From Candidatus Babelota bacterium (GTDB lineage Bacteria > Babelota > Babeliae > Babelales > CAIQNR01), in assembly GCA_965658655.1 (NCBI GenBank), contig CBFHTA010000001.1:200722-264721 (forward strand): a stretch of DNA of 64,000 nucleotides. Direction: 5' to 3'. Below the pieces are notes generated by a model, which did not search any database, was not told where the DNA came from, and worked only from the letters and a program-made list of their open reading frames with translations. Below, piece by piece: positions 10,238 through 19,245 of this stretch (positions within the stretch are counted from its first letter, which is position 1; each line of letters begins with the position of its first letter). Both the position numbers and the translations under genes were made by a program.

Positions 10238-10276
10238 AAAAAAAAGCCCTTCAACTTAAGAATTAAGCTGAAGGGT
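10238..10276 (-). terminator. Rho-independent terminator
   Basis: Hairpin CCCTTCAACTTAA/TTAAGCTGAAGGG (one mismatch) next to A8 on +, i.e. a U8 tail on -. Confidence 0.75.
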
Positions 10277-10355
10277 TAGGGGGGTGAACAATACAAAAGT
10301 ATTGTTCGTTTAGGGACGTTCTTTTATTTCAATTGAATTCAAATCTTAGATTATG
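10238..10355 (-). ncRNA. Candidate small regulatory RNA (~115 nt)
   Basis: Bounded by its own sigma70-type promoter and terminator. Contains a perfect 9-bp internal hairpin (10286-10307) and a C-rich single-stranded tract, and has no AUG. Confidence 0.5.
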
Positions 10356-10361
10356 AGTTGG

Positions 10362-10390
10362 ATTTTAGCACCCCCCCCTAGTCTTGTCAA
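10362..10390 (-). promoter_or_regulatory. Sigma70-type promoter TTGACA-N17-TAAAAT with extended -10 TG
   Basis: On the minus strand: -35 TTGACA at 10390-10385, 17-nt spacer ending in TGC, -10 TAAAAT at 10367-10362. Confidence 0.75.
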
Positions 10391-10433
10391 GCTCAACCTT
10401 TAAGCCTAAAGAAGGGGTACTTTCAATAATTCT

Positions 10434-11876
10434 CTAAGACTTTAAACGGTGGTAACGTTTTTCCCATTGAGAAACAGTGAAGGGGTCATGTTTTTCTGTT
10501 TCTGAGTAATCATCCCACTCTTTTTCTTTAATTGAAACAAGTTTTTTATGGAGTGATTCTCCCAATGATTGTTTCATAAGATCGCTATTTTTAAAGAGAG
10601 CAACGCTTTCACCAAGAGAGCTTGGAATTATTTTAATATTAAGTTCTTCGCACTCTTCTTTGGTTGATCGGTATAAGTTATGCTCAATATGTTGAGGAGC
10701 AGCGGTTTTGTTTGCAATGCCGTCGAGCCCTGCATTAATAATACCAGCAAAAAGAAGGTAAGGGTTAGAGCTAGGGTCAGCAGAACGGAATTCCATTCTT
10801 GTTGGCGCACCATTGGTTTCTATAAGTTCATCAGTGCTTGTTTCTGGGATGCGAATAGCAGTGCTTCTGTTTTTGAATCCCCAAGAAAGATAAACAGGTG
10901 CTTCGTATCCTGGAACAAGGCGTTTATATGAATTTACTGAGGAGTTGAGAAGCAAGGTCATTTCTTGCAAGTGTGCAACGTTTCCGCCAATAAAGTAATG
11001 CGCTGTTTCTGATAAGAATCCAGGTTTTTCTGCATCGTAGAAAGCATTTTTATTTTCTTTAATATCCCACAGGCTGCAGTGAACATGCATGCCGCTACCA
11101 TTTACTCCGGTAATTGGTTTTGGCATAAAGCTTACATAGTACCCATCAAAGTGCTGAGCTATACGTTGTGTAATGTGCTTGGTAAGAAGTAAAGAGTCAG
11201 CTATTCGGAGAGGGTTTTGGTAGCGCAATACGATTTCATATTGTCCTGGAGCAACTTCATGATGAGCTTTTTCTATATCAACACCGGCGAGAAAAAGACC
11301 ATTTAAAAGAGCGCTTTTAAATGTTTCCAATTCTGTGGTTGGTAAAGCGTCACAGTATCCACTGCTATCTACAGGAACTAAATCTCCATTATTATCTTTT
11401 TTAAAGATAAAGAATTCAAGTTCGAGCCCAACATTAATGTTATATCCAGCATCTTCTGCTTTCTTCATCGCTTTCTTTAAAATAGTGCGAGGAGAATCTT
11501 GATATTTTTCTGTAGGAGAAGTGTACATGTCGCAGAAAAGGTAGCCAGTGGACATTTGCTTGGTCCATGGGCTTAGAAAGAAACCAGAAAGATCTACTTT
11601 AGCAAGCAGGTCACTTTCGTTAATGTTGGTACACCCAGCAATAGAAGACCCATCAAAATATGCTCCTTTTTCTATAGCACCAGCAACTTTATGAAAAGGA
11701 AATGTGAGAGATTTCAGTGTTCCATGAATATCAGAGAAAAGTAATTCAACAAAACGAGTTTGTGAATCCTTATAATAAGAAAGCGCTTCTTCTGCTGTCT
11801 CGGGATTTTTAAATCCGTCAGCGGAGATAGATAAGCATGATAATAACAACCCTAAAAATAATGATCGCTTCTTCAT
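10434..11876 (-). CDS. glnA: Glutamine synthetase type I with an apparent N-terminal signal peptide
   Basis: Motifs FDGSSI, GLELEF, HHEVAPGQYEI, FMPKP..NGSGMH, SYKRLVPGYEAP, NRSTAIRIP, RMEFRSAD. The ATG at 11876 follows an AAAGGAG RBS, so it is preferred over 11975. Confidence 0.95.
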   Translation of the reverse strand: MKKRSLFLGLLLSCLSISADGFKNPETAEEALSYYKDSQTRFVELLFSDIHGTLKSLTFPFHKVAGAIEKGAYFDGSSIAGCTNINESDLLAKVDLSGFFLSPWTKQMSTGYLFCDMYTSPTEKYQDSPRTILKKAMKKAEDAGYNINVGLELEFFIFKKDNNGDLVPVDSSGYCDALPTTELETFKSALLNGLFLAGVDIEKAHHEVAPGQYEIVLRYQNPLRIADSLLLTKHITQRIAQHFDGYYVSFMPKPITGVNGSGMHVHCSLWDIKENKNAFYDAEKPGFLSETAHYFIGGNVAHLQEMTLLLNSSVNSYKRLVPGYEAPVYLSWGFKNRSTAIRIPETSTDELIETNGAPTRMEFRSADPSSNPYLLFAGIINAGLDGIANKTAAPQHIEHNLYRSTKEECEELNIKIIPSSLGESVALFKNSDLMKQSLGESLHKKLVSIKEKEWDDYSETEKHDPFTVSQWEKRYHRLKS

Positions 11877-11943
11877 AGAAACTCCTTTGTGAAATGTGTT
11901 TAAGAATGGGATAGTTATAGAGTATTTATGCTTGACCGTCAAC

Positions 11944-12411
11944 TTAGGTGAGGTTCCATTTATGCGCAAAATCATTTATGGCACCGTCTTCTGACATTTC
12001 TAACAGTGTGGCATATGTGCGTTTAAATAATTGTGGATTGTGGGCAGATACAACCAGTACATTAGGGTTTTGCGTATTGTCTAAAGATGTAATTGCAAGG
12101 TTTTCTTCTTGTTTTATCAATTTTCTAGGAAGAATGGCACAATGGGTCTGTCCTTTTTTTATATCTTCTATAGCTTTTTCGACTGAACAAACATGGACTA
12201 TTGGCTTTTGTGTCATACGGTGAGATAGGTCTTTAATAATGTCCGAAGTAAATCCTTGTTGATTTTCCTTCGCTTCAGTAGTTGCAATTGTTAAAGTACT
12301 AAGCGGTTGGCTGGGTGCAAGTGTGTTTCTTTGAACTGAGTAGTAAGCCACATAGCAAGTTGTTCCCAAAGCAAAAATAAAGATAAAAGTTTTTGTGTGT
12401 TTCATAGTCAA
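11944..12411 (-). CDS. Shortened family-3 (amino-acid) solute-binding-protein-like protein
   Basis: N-terminal hydrophobic anchor. The segments LTIATT, GFTSDIIKDL, IEDIKKGQTHCAI and C-terminal LLEMSEDGAINDFAHKW resemble the SBP_bac_3 pattern, but the protein is only ~155 aa. Confidence 0.6.
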   Translation of the reverse strand: MTMKHTKTFIFIFALGTTCYVAYYSVQRNTLAPSQPLSTLTIATTEAKENQQGFTSDIIKDLSHRMTQKPIVHVCSVEKAIEDIKKGQTHCAILPRKLIKQEENLAITSLDNTQNPNVLVVSAHNPQLFKRTYATLLEMSEDGAINDFAHKWNLT

Positions 12412-12451
12412 ACTCTACTATCATCGAATGTGTGAACGTAAAATTGTATTA

Positions 12452-13093
12452 TTATGGTTTTATAGCAACAGGAACAATTTGCCTATCGCGCCAATATTGA
12501 ACACCATAATGTGTTAAAAATTGTTGCCCTTTTTTTATATCTCGGCGAGCAACGTATACCACATGCCAGAAGCCTTGTGCAGGTACAATTTGCACCCCTA
12601 CATTTTGATGTTCACGCGTAGTATGGTTAATAAATCGTGCAACATTGCCTTGTTTTTCTGCATCTATACAAAATTTAATTTTTCTTCGACGCTTTTTCCC
12701 CGGAACTGTTTCATAAAAAAAAGATGGGTAATCCCACACGTAAAGGTTGTCTACATCTTCTTTAGTATCCATACATAGTATGCCGGTATATTCGCATACC
12801 ATTTCTCCGCGCTTTATATCGGCAGCTGCAAAGGCTCCATATTCTACAAATTTATTAACCCATTTAATGTACATAGGGGCGACATAGCCTTCTTTAATTA
12901 AGTGTCCGTATTTTTTTTCAAGACGATCGTTAAGGCCAGGATTAATGGTATACTCTTTATCTTTTTTTATATCCCAGTTAATTATGCGTTTGTCTTTAAC
13001 TTCGTTGTGTACTAAGTATCGTGTATTAAATTCTTTTTCAATATCTTTAATAGCAAACTTTTTTAACCGATTTTTTGGAGCCTTTTGTGCCAT
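12452..13093 (-). CDS. SET-domain protein (putative lysine methyltransferase)
   Basis: YGAFAAADIKRGEMVCEYTG, IDAEKQGNVARFINH, YVARRDIKKGQQFLTHYG; basic patch KKRRRK. Confidence 0.9.
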   Translation of the reverse strand: MAQKAPKNRLKKFAIKDIEKEFNTRYLVHNEVKDKRIINWDIKKDKEYTINPGLNDRLEKKYGHLIKEGYVAPMYIKWVNKFVEYGAFAAADIKRGEMVCEYTGILCMDTKEDVDNLYVWDYPSFFYETVPGKKRRRKIKFCIDAEKQGNVARFINHTTREHQNVGVQIVPAQGFWHVVYVARRDIKKGQQFLTHYGVQYWRDRQIVPVAIKP

Positions 13094-13177
13094 TTCAGAA
13101 CGTCCTTTTTTAGAGAATAAATTTATAAATAAAAGAGAAGAAGTAAAACTGTAGCATAAAAAAAAGAGGAATGCATT

Positions 13178-13333
13178 TTAAGCTTAACTTTGCTCTAGAA
13201 GGGGTTACTCGAAAAAATTAAGCTTAAAGTTGTCTAAAAAAATTGTTTTAAGCTTAAAGCAAAACGTACATTCTAAACGAAATTAAGGAAAACGTTCGTC
13301 AGCGGCCATTTTGATCCATTTTTTTTAAGCTTA
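13178..13333. repeat. Four copies of the palindrome TTAAGCTTA(A) in an intergenic region
   Basis: Copies start at 13178, 13218, 13248 and 13325 (the last is 9/10). Confidence 0.8.
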
Positions 13334-13341
13334 TCTTTACA

Positions 13342-14949
13342 CTAAAAAAGTTCTTTTATAACAGTGTCTACTTTTTTGGCCGTAATGGTTGTCATGCTTC
13401 TATAGAACTCTTCTCCATATTCACGTGTTTGAACAACTACTGGCATGGTAACTGCGTGGCCTAATAAAAGCGCCTGTTTTTTTGTGTCCAATGTGGCTAA
13501 AACAGAACGGAGTGTTGATGCATTAGAAACACCTGTTAAAGTAGCTTGAATATCTTTATCGTCGTTTAATTGTGCTACAATTTTTGTTCCTAATTGAGAT
13601 AGCACTTCGTCATCAATGCCTGATGGTCGTTGATCAACAACTAAAAGTGAAACATAATATTTACGCATTTCTCGTGCAATGATACCAAAGATAGTTTGCT
13701 TTGCTGCAGTTGGGTTTAAAAATTTATGCGCTTCTTCGATACAGATCATAAGTTTTGTAGGTTCATCTTCTGTTTTTTGAGACCCTAAAAATTTTTCTGT
13801 TCGTGCAATATATTCGCTATGAATACGACGTGTAATAATGTTCGAGATTAATAAATAGCAGAATGAAGATGTGTAGTTTCCAAATTCCACACAGATATTT
13901 ATGTCTTTAGCAATGAATTCCATCATTTGGTCTATTACGGAGCTTTTAGCTTTGGTTGCTCCTGGTTTGCCTGGTTTAAAAAAGGGGAACCGCTCGATAC
14001 GTTTAAGTTTTCTGTAAAGTGCAGCAATAGATTCTGGATGTGCGCCAATGGAGTTTGCAAATTCTTTAATATCTTCTTGTTCTAAAAGAACTTGTAGCCA
14101 ATTATGTTTATAGCGGGTGGCAATTAAATAAGCAGACTCTAATGCGGTCGTATGAAGATTAAGTTCACTTTGCAAAGAGATAATATCTTCTACGCGTACG
14201 TCTTGATAAGTTAAAGTAATTTCAACATCAGGAGCACCAGCTCGCTTACGAGTTGACTCAGGATCGAGTGAAAATATTGCAACACGGTCAGGAAATAAAG
14301 TTTTGAGCCCTTTTACAAAAGTATTACCAGGGCCTTCTTTTCTTGCTTGTAATCCGTATTCACTGTGCATATCAAAAATAAGACTGACAGCTTTTTTGCT
14401 ATTGATTAATCCTGCTAACACAAGTCGTGTTAAGAATGTTTTTCCAGTTCCTGTCTTGCCAAAGATGCCAGTAGATCGTTCGGTTAGGCGTTCAAGGTTT
14501 ATGCAGACAGGTGTTTCCATATCAAGTGGAGAGCCAATATTAAAGTATCGCTTAGATTCATCTTTTTCATTTCCAAAGATGAGTGCAACATCTTCCTTGG
14601 TTGCCTCATGCACTTTTGCAAAATGTGGAGGAACGGTTTTTACCGGAACTACCTCTTTTTCTTTGTTGAGCATTACCATTGGTTTGAGCTCTGCAGTTGC
14701 GTACATGCCCTGCTTCTTTAAAAGCTTTTGTAAAAGTTTTTCGTCTTCACCGGGTGGATATAAAAGAATGTCTTGGTTGGTAACCTCAAGGGACAGGTCT
14801 GTGATAAGAGAAAAAAAGACATGATGTGTGCCAACAACAGACACAAACTTACCTGTTTTAATAGTTTCTAAATCTGTTTCTGGGGCAATTCGCATCACTA
14901 AACCTTCGGTTAACGAACCGCCGGTTACAGTGCCTAAAAGTTTCTTCAA
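13342..14949 (-). CDS. HerA/DUF87-family P-loop ATPase (DNA translocase-like)
   Basis: N-terminal HAS-barrel-like region, Walker A GKTGTGKT, FDMHSEYG, Walker B ICIEEAHKF, REMRKY, DQRPS; TTG start after AAGGAG. Confidence 0.88.
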   Translation of the reverse strand: MKKLLGTVTGGSLTEGLVMRIAPETDLETIKTGKFVSVVGTHHVFFSLITDLSLEVTNQDILLYPPGEDEKLLQKLLKKQGMYATAELKPMVMLNKEKEVVPVKTVPPHFAKVHEATKEDVALIFGNEKDESKRYFNIGSPLDMETPVCINLERLTERSTGIFGKTGTGKTFLTRLVLAGLINSKKAVSLIFDMHSEYGLQARKEGPGNTFVKGLKTLFPDRVAIFSLDPESTRKRAGAPDVEITLTYQDVRVEDIISLQSELNLHTTALESAYLIATRYKHNWLQVLLEQEDIKEFANSIGAHPESIAALYRKLKRIERFPFFKPGKPGATKAKSSVIDQMMEFIAKDINICVEFGNYTSSFCYLLISNIITRRIHSEYIARTEKFLGSQKTEDEPTKLMICIEEAHKFLNPTAAKQTIFGIIAREMRKYYVSLLVVDQRPSGIDDEVLSQLGTKIVAQLNDDKDIQATLTGVSNASTLRSVLATLDTKKQALLLGHAVTMPVVVQTREYGEEFYRSMTTITAKKVDTVIKELF

Positions 14950-14969
14950 CTACTCTCCTTATGTAGCAT

Positions 14970-15278
14970 TTATTCTTTTGGAATCTTTAGATTCCACATT
15001 TTCATTCGTTTAAGAATTGTTTTTGGGGATAAGTGAAGTCTTTCAGCTACGTCTTGTAAAGTAGCTGCTCTGTATAGAATAATGGCTTTTACAGGAGTAT
15101 CTATTGTTCTATTTGGAACCTGATAGAATCCTTTAGAATAACACCATAGGTGTTTGTATAGATAATTTTCATACAGTTGTTTTTGATAGTCATTAACATG
15201 CGATGAGATGAGACTAGCTTTTACCGATCCAGCAAAAATTAAACATGAGAGAAGTAAGAATTTAAAGGTAGTGTTCAT
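14970..15278 (-). CDS. Small secreted hypothetical protein with a C-terminal HTH-like segment
   Basis: Start placed at MNTTFKFLLLSCLIFAGSVKA, which matches the neighbour's signal peptide; C-terminus TLQDVAERLHLSPKTILKRMK. Confidence 0.65.
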   Translation of the reverse strand: MNTTFKFLLLSCLIFAGSVKASLISSHVNDYQKQLYENYLYKHLWCYSKGFYQVPNRTIDTPVKAIILYRAATLQDVAERLHLSPKTILKRMKMWNLKIPKE

Positions 15279-15305
15279 GGGAATTCTTTCAATAGAATTA
15301 TTCAA

Positions 15306-15860
15306 CTAACTGTTTGCCTTAGGAAGCAGTTTTGAAAGTTCTCCTAAGCGTTCACCGAAACGACATAAAGAAAAGAAGAGTTTGTAGAAATCTTTTTCTT
15401 CTGCTCCAGAAGATTTTAATTTATGGAATAAAGGACTCCATGAGATCTTATTATTTTTATTTGCAATAATGTTATCATGTAAAAAGTCATAGACAGCATC
15501 AGATACTTTTATTCTTTTTTTACCAGTATCAAGGTAACTTGCTTCGTAGTTTAAAAAATCAACGCAAGCATTTCTTCTGAACTCTGCGAGGCAGCCTTCA
15601 AGTAAGGTTGTGATAATTTGACCTTCACAACCACTATATGTGAATCTCTCATTTTGTAGGTATAAATCCTTTATAGCCTCTTCTATTCTTATAAAAATAT
15701 CAATATATTTATCTCTGTGTTCTTCTAAAAACTGTGCTTCTTGATATTCTTCTAAAGATATGTGACTAATAAAGTGTGGAGGCATAGTTACTTCTTCAGC
15801 TTTTATCGATGCAGCAAAAATTAAAGATGAGAGAAGTAAAAGTTTAAACGTAGTGTTCAT
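15306..15860 (-). CDS. Secreted hypothetical protein
   Basis: Signal peptide MNTTFKLLLLSSLIFAASIKA; AAGGA RBS. Confidence 0.75.
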   Translation of the reverse strand: MNTTFKLLLLSSLIFAASIKAEEVTMPPHFISHISLEEYQEAQFLEEHRDKYIDIFIRIEEAIKDLYLQNERFTYSGCEGQIITTLLEGCLAEFRRNACVDFLNYEASYLDTGKKRIKVSDAVYDFLHDNIIANKNNKISWSPLFHKLKSSGAEEKDFYKLFFSLCRFGERLGELSKLLPKANS

Positions 15861-16015
15861 AGAAATCCTTATCTATTGTTATACATGAGATTATAAAATG
15901 TATTCTTTTCAGTTTGCAGTTATGGCGAAAAATCAATTGATCTAAGTCTCCAAAAAGTTTGCTTGTAGATATCTAATGAGGTTGATAGTAGGAACCATTA
16001 GTGAGGTTGTCAACT

Positions 16016-17733
<1,718 letters not shown>

Positions 17734-17852
17734 TTATTCCAGGCTAAAGCTTTGTTGGAATATTGTAAAGATTGAGGATAGTTTTTGTTTTAAATGACAA
17801 AAGGAAACAGCTTCATTGTTGTGAGATTAAGCATGTTTATTTAAGAATGTGT

Positions 17853-18095
17853 TTACTTCCCTTGTCTCTTCTCTTTATCACTTTGATATGTTGTAAAAAA
17901 CTGGAGAGTAGAAAGATGCATTAAGGGAGTGTCCTTTACATATGTTTTATTGCTAAAGCTTGACTGTGGGCAAGTGTTGCAAGCAATACCCATAGTCAGA
18001 GCTTTAAATTTTTTTAGATCTTTTTCAGTTCCTTCAGCAGATTGTACAGTAAAAAAGGTGAGAAGTGTTAAAGCTAAAGCTTTTAATTTGATCAT
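17853..18095 (-). CDS. Small secreted hypothetical protein (CxxC)
   Basis: Signal-peptide-like MIKLKALALTLLTFFTVQSA; contains CNTC. Confidence 0.5.
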   Translation of the reverse strand: MIKLKALALTLLTFFTVQSAEGTEKDLKKFKALTMGIACNTCPQSSFSNKTYVKDTPLMHLSTLQFFTTYQSDKEKRQGK

Positions 18096-18173
18096 TGTAT
18101 ATCTTTCTATAGTAATGAATTTATTATAGGATAAGTATGCCTTGAGCCCTTCAGTAAGTAAAGTTTGAGGGGT

Positions 18174-18683
18174 TTATGGCAGAAATAAATTCATAACCAG
18201 GAGCGCAAGGAATAGTTTATAGAATGGAACTGTTTTTTCGGGTGCTTGCTTAGAAGGATTCTTGTCTTTCTTTTTATCTTTTAGATATTGAGCAATAATG
18301 AGTGTGTCAAATGAATAATCTCGTGAAGTGTAGTCTGAAATTGAACTGACGTCGTAGTAGGAAGGATTGTGTTTTTCTTCTTGTTTGTCTAACGCCTGTC
18401 GAGCAGATTCTAGATAGCGTCTTCCTAGCTTAATTTTCTTTTTTAATGATATATCCTTTGTTTTTTCAAGTTCTTTATCACTTTGTTTGAGTTCGTATTC
18501 TACTTCTTCTATCTGGTGTATGGTATGGCTGTTGTCCTTAAAGGAAGCAGAGAGGATATTCATGGCTAAATCAATTCTTTTTTGAATAACTTCACTGCTA
18601 GGAGGTAGTGTACTGCCTGGGGAATTATCGGTTGCATGAAGTGTAATGCAGGCTATAAAGATTAACAGTAGTTTTTTAGTCAT
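18174..18683 (-). CDS. Hypothetical protein with signal peptide, coiled coil and C-terminal hydrophobic helix
   Basis: MTKKLLLIFIACITLHA; ATGA overlap with the peroxidase gene; C-terminus LFLALLVMNLFLP. Confidence 0.7.
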   Translation of the reverse strand: MTKKLLLIFIACITLHATDNSPGSTLPPSSEVIQKRIDLAMNILSASFKDNSHTIHQIEEVEYELKQSDKELEKTKDISLKKKIKLGRRYLESARQALDKQEEKHNPSYYDVSSISDYTSRDYSFDTLIIAQYLKDKKKDKNPSKQAPEKTVPFYKLFLALLVMNLFLP

Positions 18684-19231
18684 TTGATATGCTCTTTTAT
18701 TTTCTTTGACCGTGGAGATGTTCCAGCGCCAAAATGAGCAACTAAGTTTCCCTTTTTGTCTATAATATATTTATTAAAGTTCCATCCAGGGCTTTTTTTG
18801 TTCCATCCATTCTTTTTTGTATCTGTAAGCCAGTCATAGATGTTGTTAATTGTGTTTCCTTTGGTTGTTGTTTTTGCAAACATAGGGAAGGTGACTTTTT
18901 TGAGAGAGCACATTTGCACAATTTCCTTATTTGATTTTGGTTCTTGTCCCCAAAAATCGTTAGTTGGGAAACCGAGAATAATAAGATCTTTTTTAAACTC
19001 TTGGTACAAAGCTTCGAGCTCTGTCAATTGTTTGGCATAGCCGCATTTAGATGCAGTATTGACTATTAAAATAGTTTTGCCTTTAAATTGGTTCATAGAA
19101 ACTTCTTTGCCGTGCACGTCTTTTACTTTTAATTTGTAGAAAGATGTTTTGGCTGGAGCAGTTTGTTTTTTGCAGTAGGTAGTAAAAAATAAACAAGTAG
19201 GAATAAGAGCGAAAAAAAGATACTTCTTCAT
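18680..19231 (-). CDS. Glutathione peroxidase family protein (Cys type), exported or lipoprotein
   Basis: NTASKCG, LGFPTNDF..QEP, WNFNKY; hydrophobic N-terminus with Cys. Confidence 0.92.
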   Translation of the reverse strand: MKKYLFFALIPTCLFFTTYCKKQTAPAKTSFYKLKVKDVHGKEVSMNQFKGKTILIVNTASKCGYAKQLTELEALYQEFKKDLIILGFPTNDFWGQEPKSNKEIVQMCSLKKVTFPMFAKTTTKGNTINNIYDWLTDTKKNGWNKKSPGWNFNKYIIDKKGNLVAHFGAGTSPRSKKIKEHIK

Positions 19232-19245
19232 GAGGTCTCCCTTGT

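Noticed and set aside
11877..11975. Longer GlnA start at 11975
   Set aside because: It overlaps the upstream gene; the strong AAAGGAG RBS sits before the ATG at 11876.
13178..13333. Possible mini-CRISPR array or oriC
   Set aside because: The repeats are only 10 bp with irregular spacing, there are no cas genes, and no DnaA boxes (TTATCCACA) or dnaA were seen.
13342..15860. HerA-based anti-phage system (Sir2-HerA/Nezha, DUF4297-HerA)
   Set aside because: The neighbours are small signal-peptide proteins with no Sir2 or nuclease motifs.
18680..19231. Selenocysteine-containing glutathione peroxidase
   Set aside because: The active-site codon is TGC (Cys) and there is no in-frame TGA.
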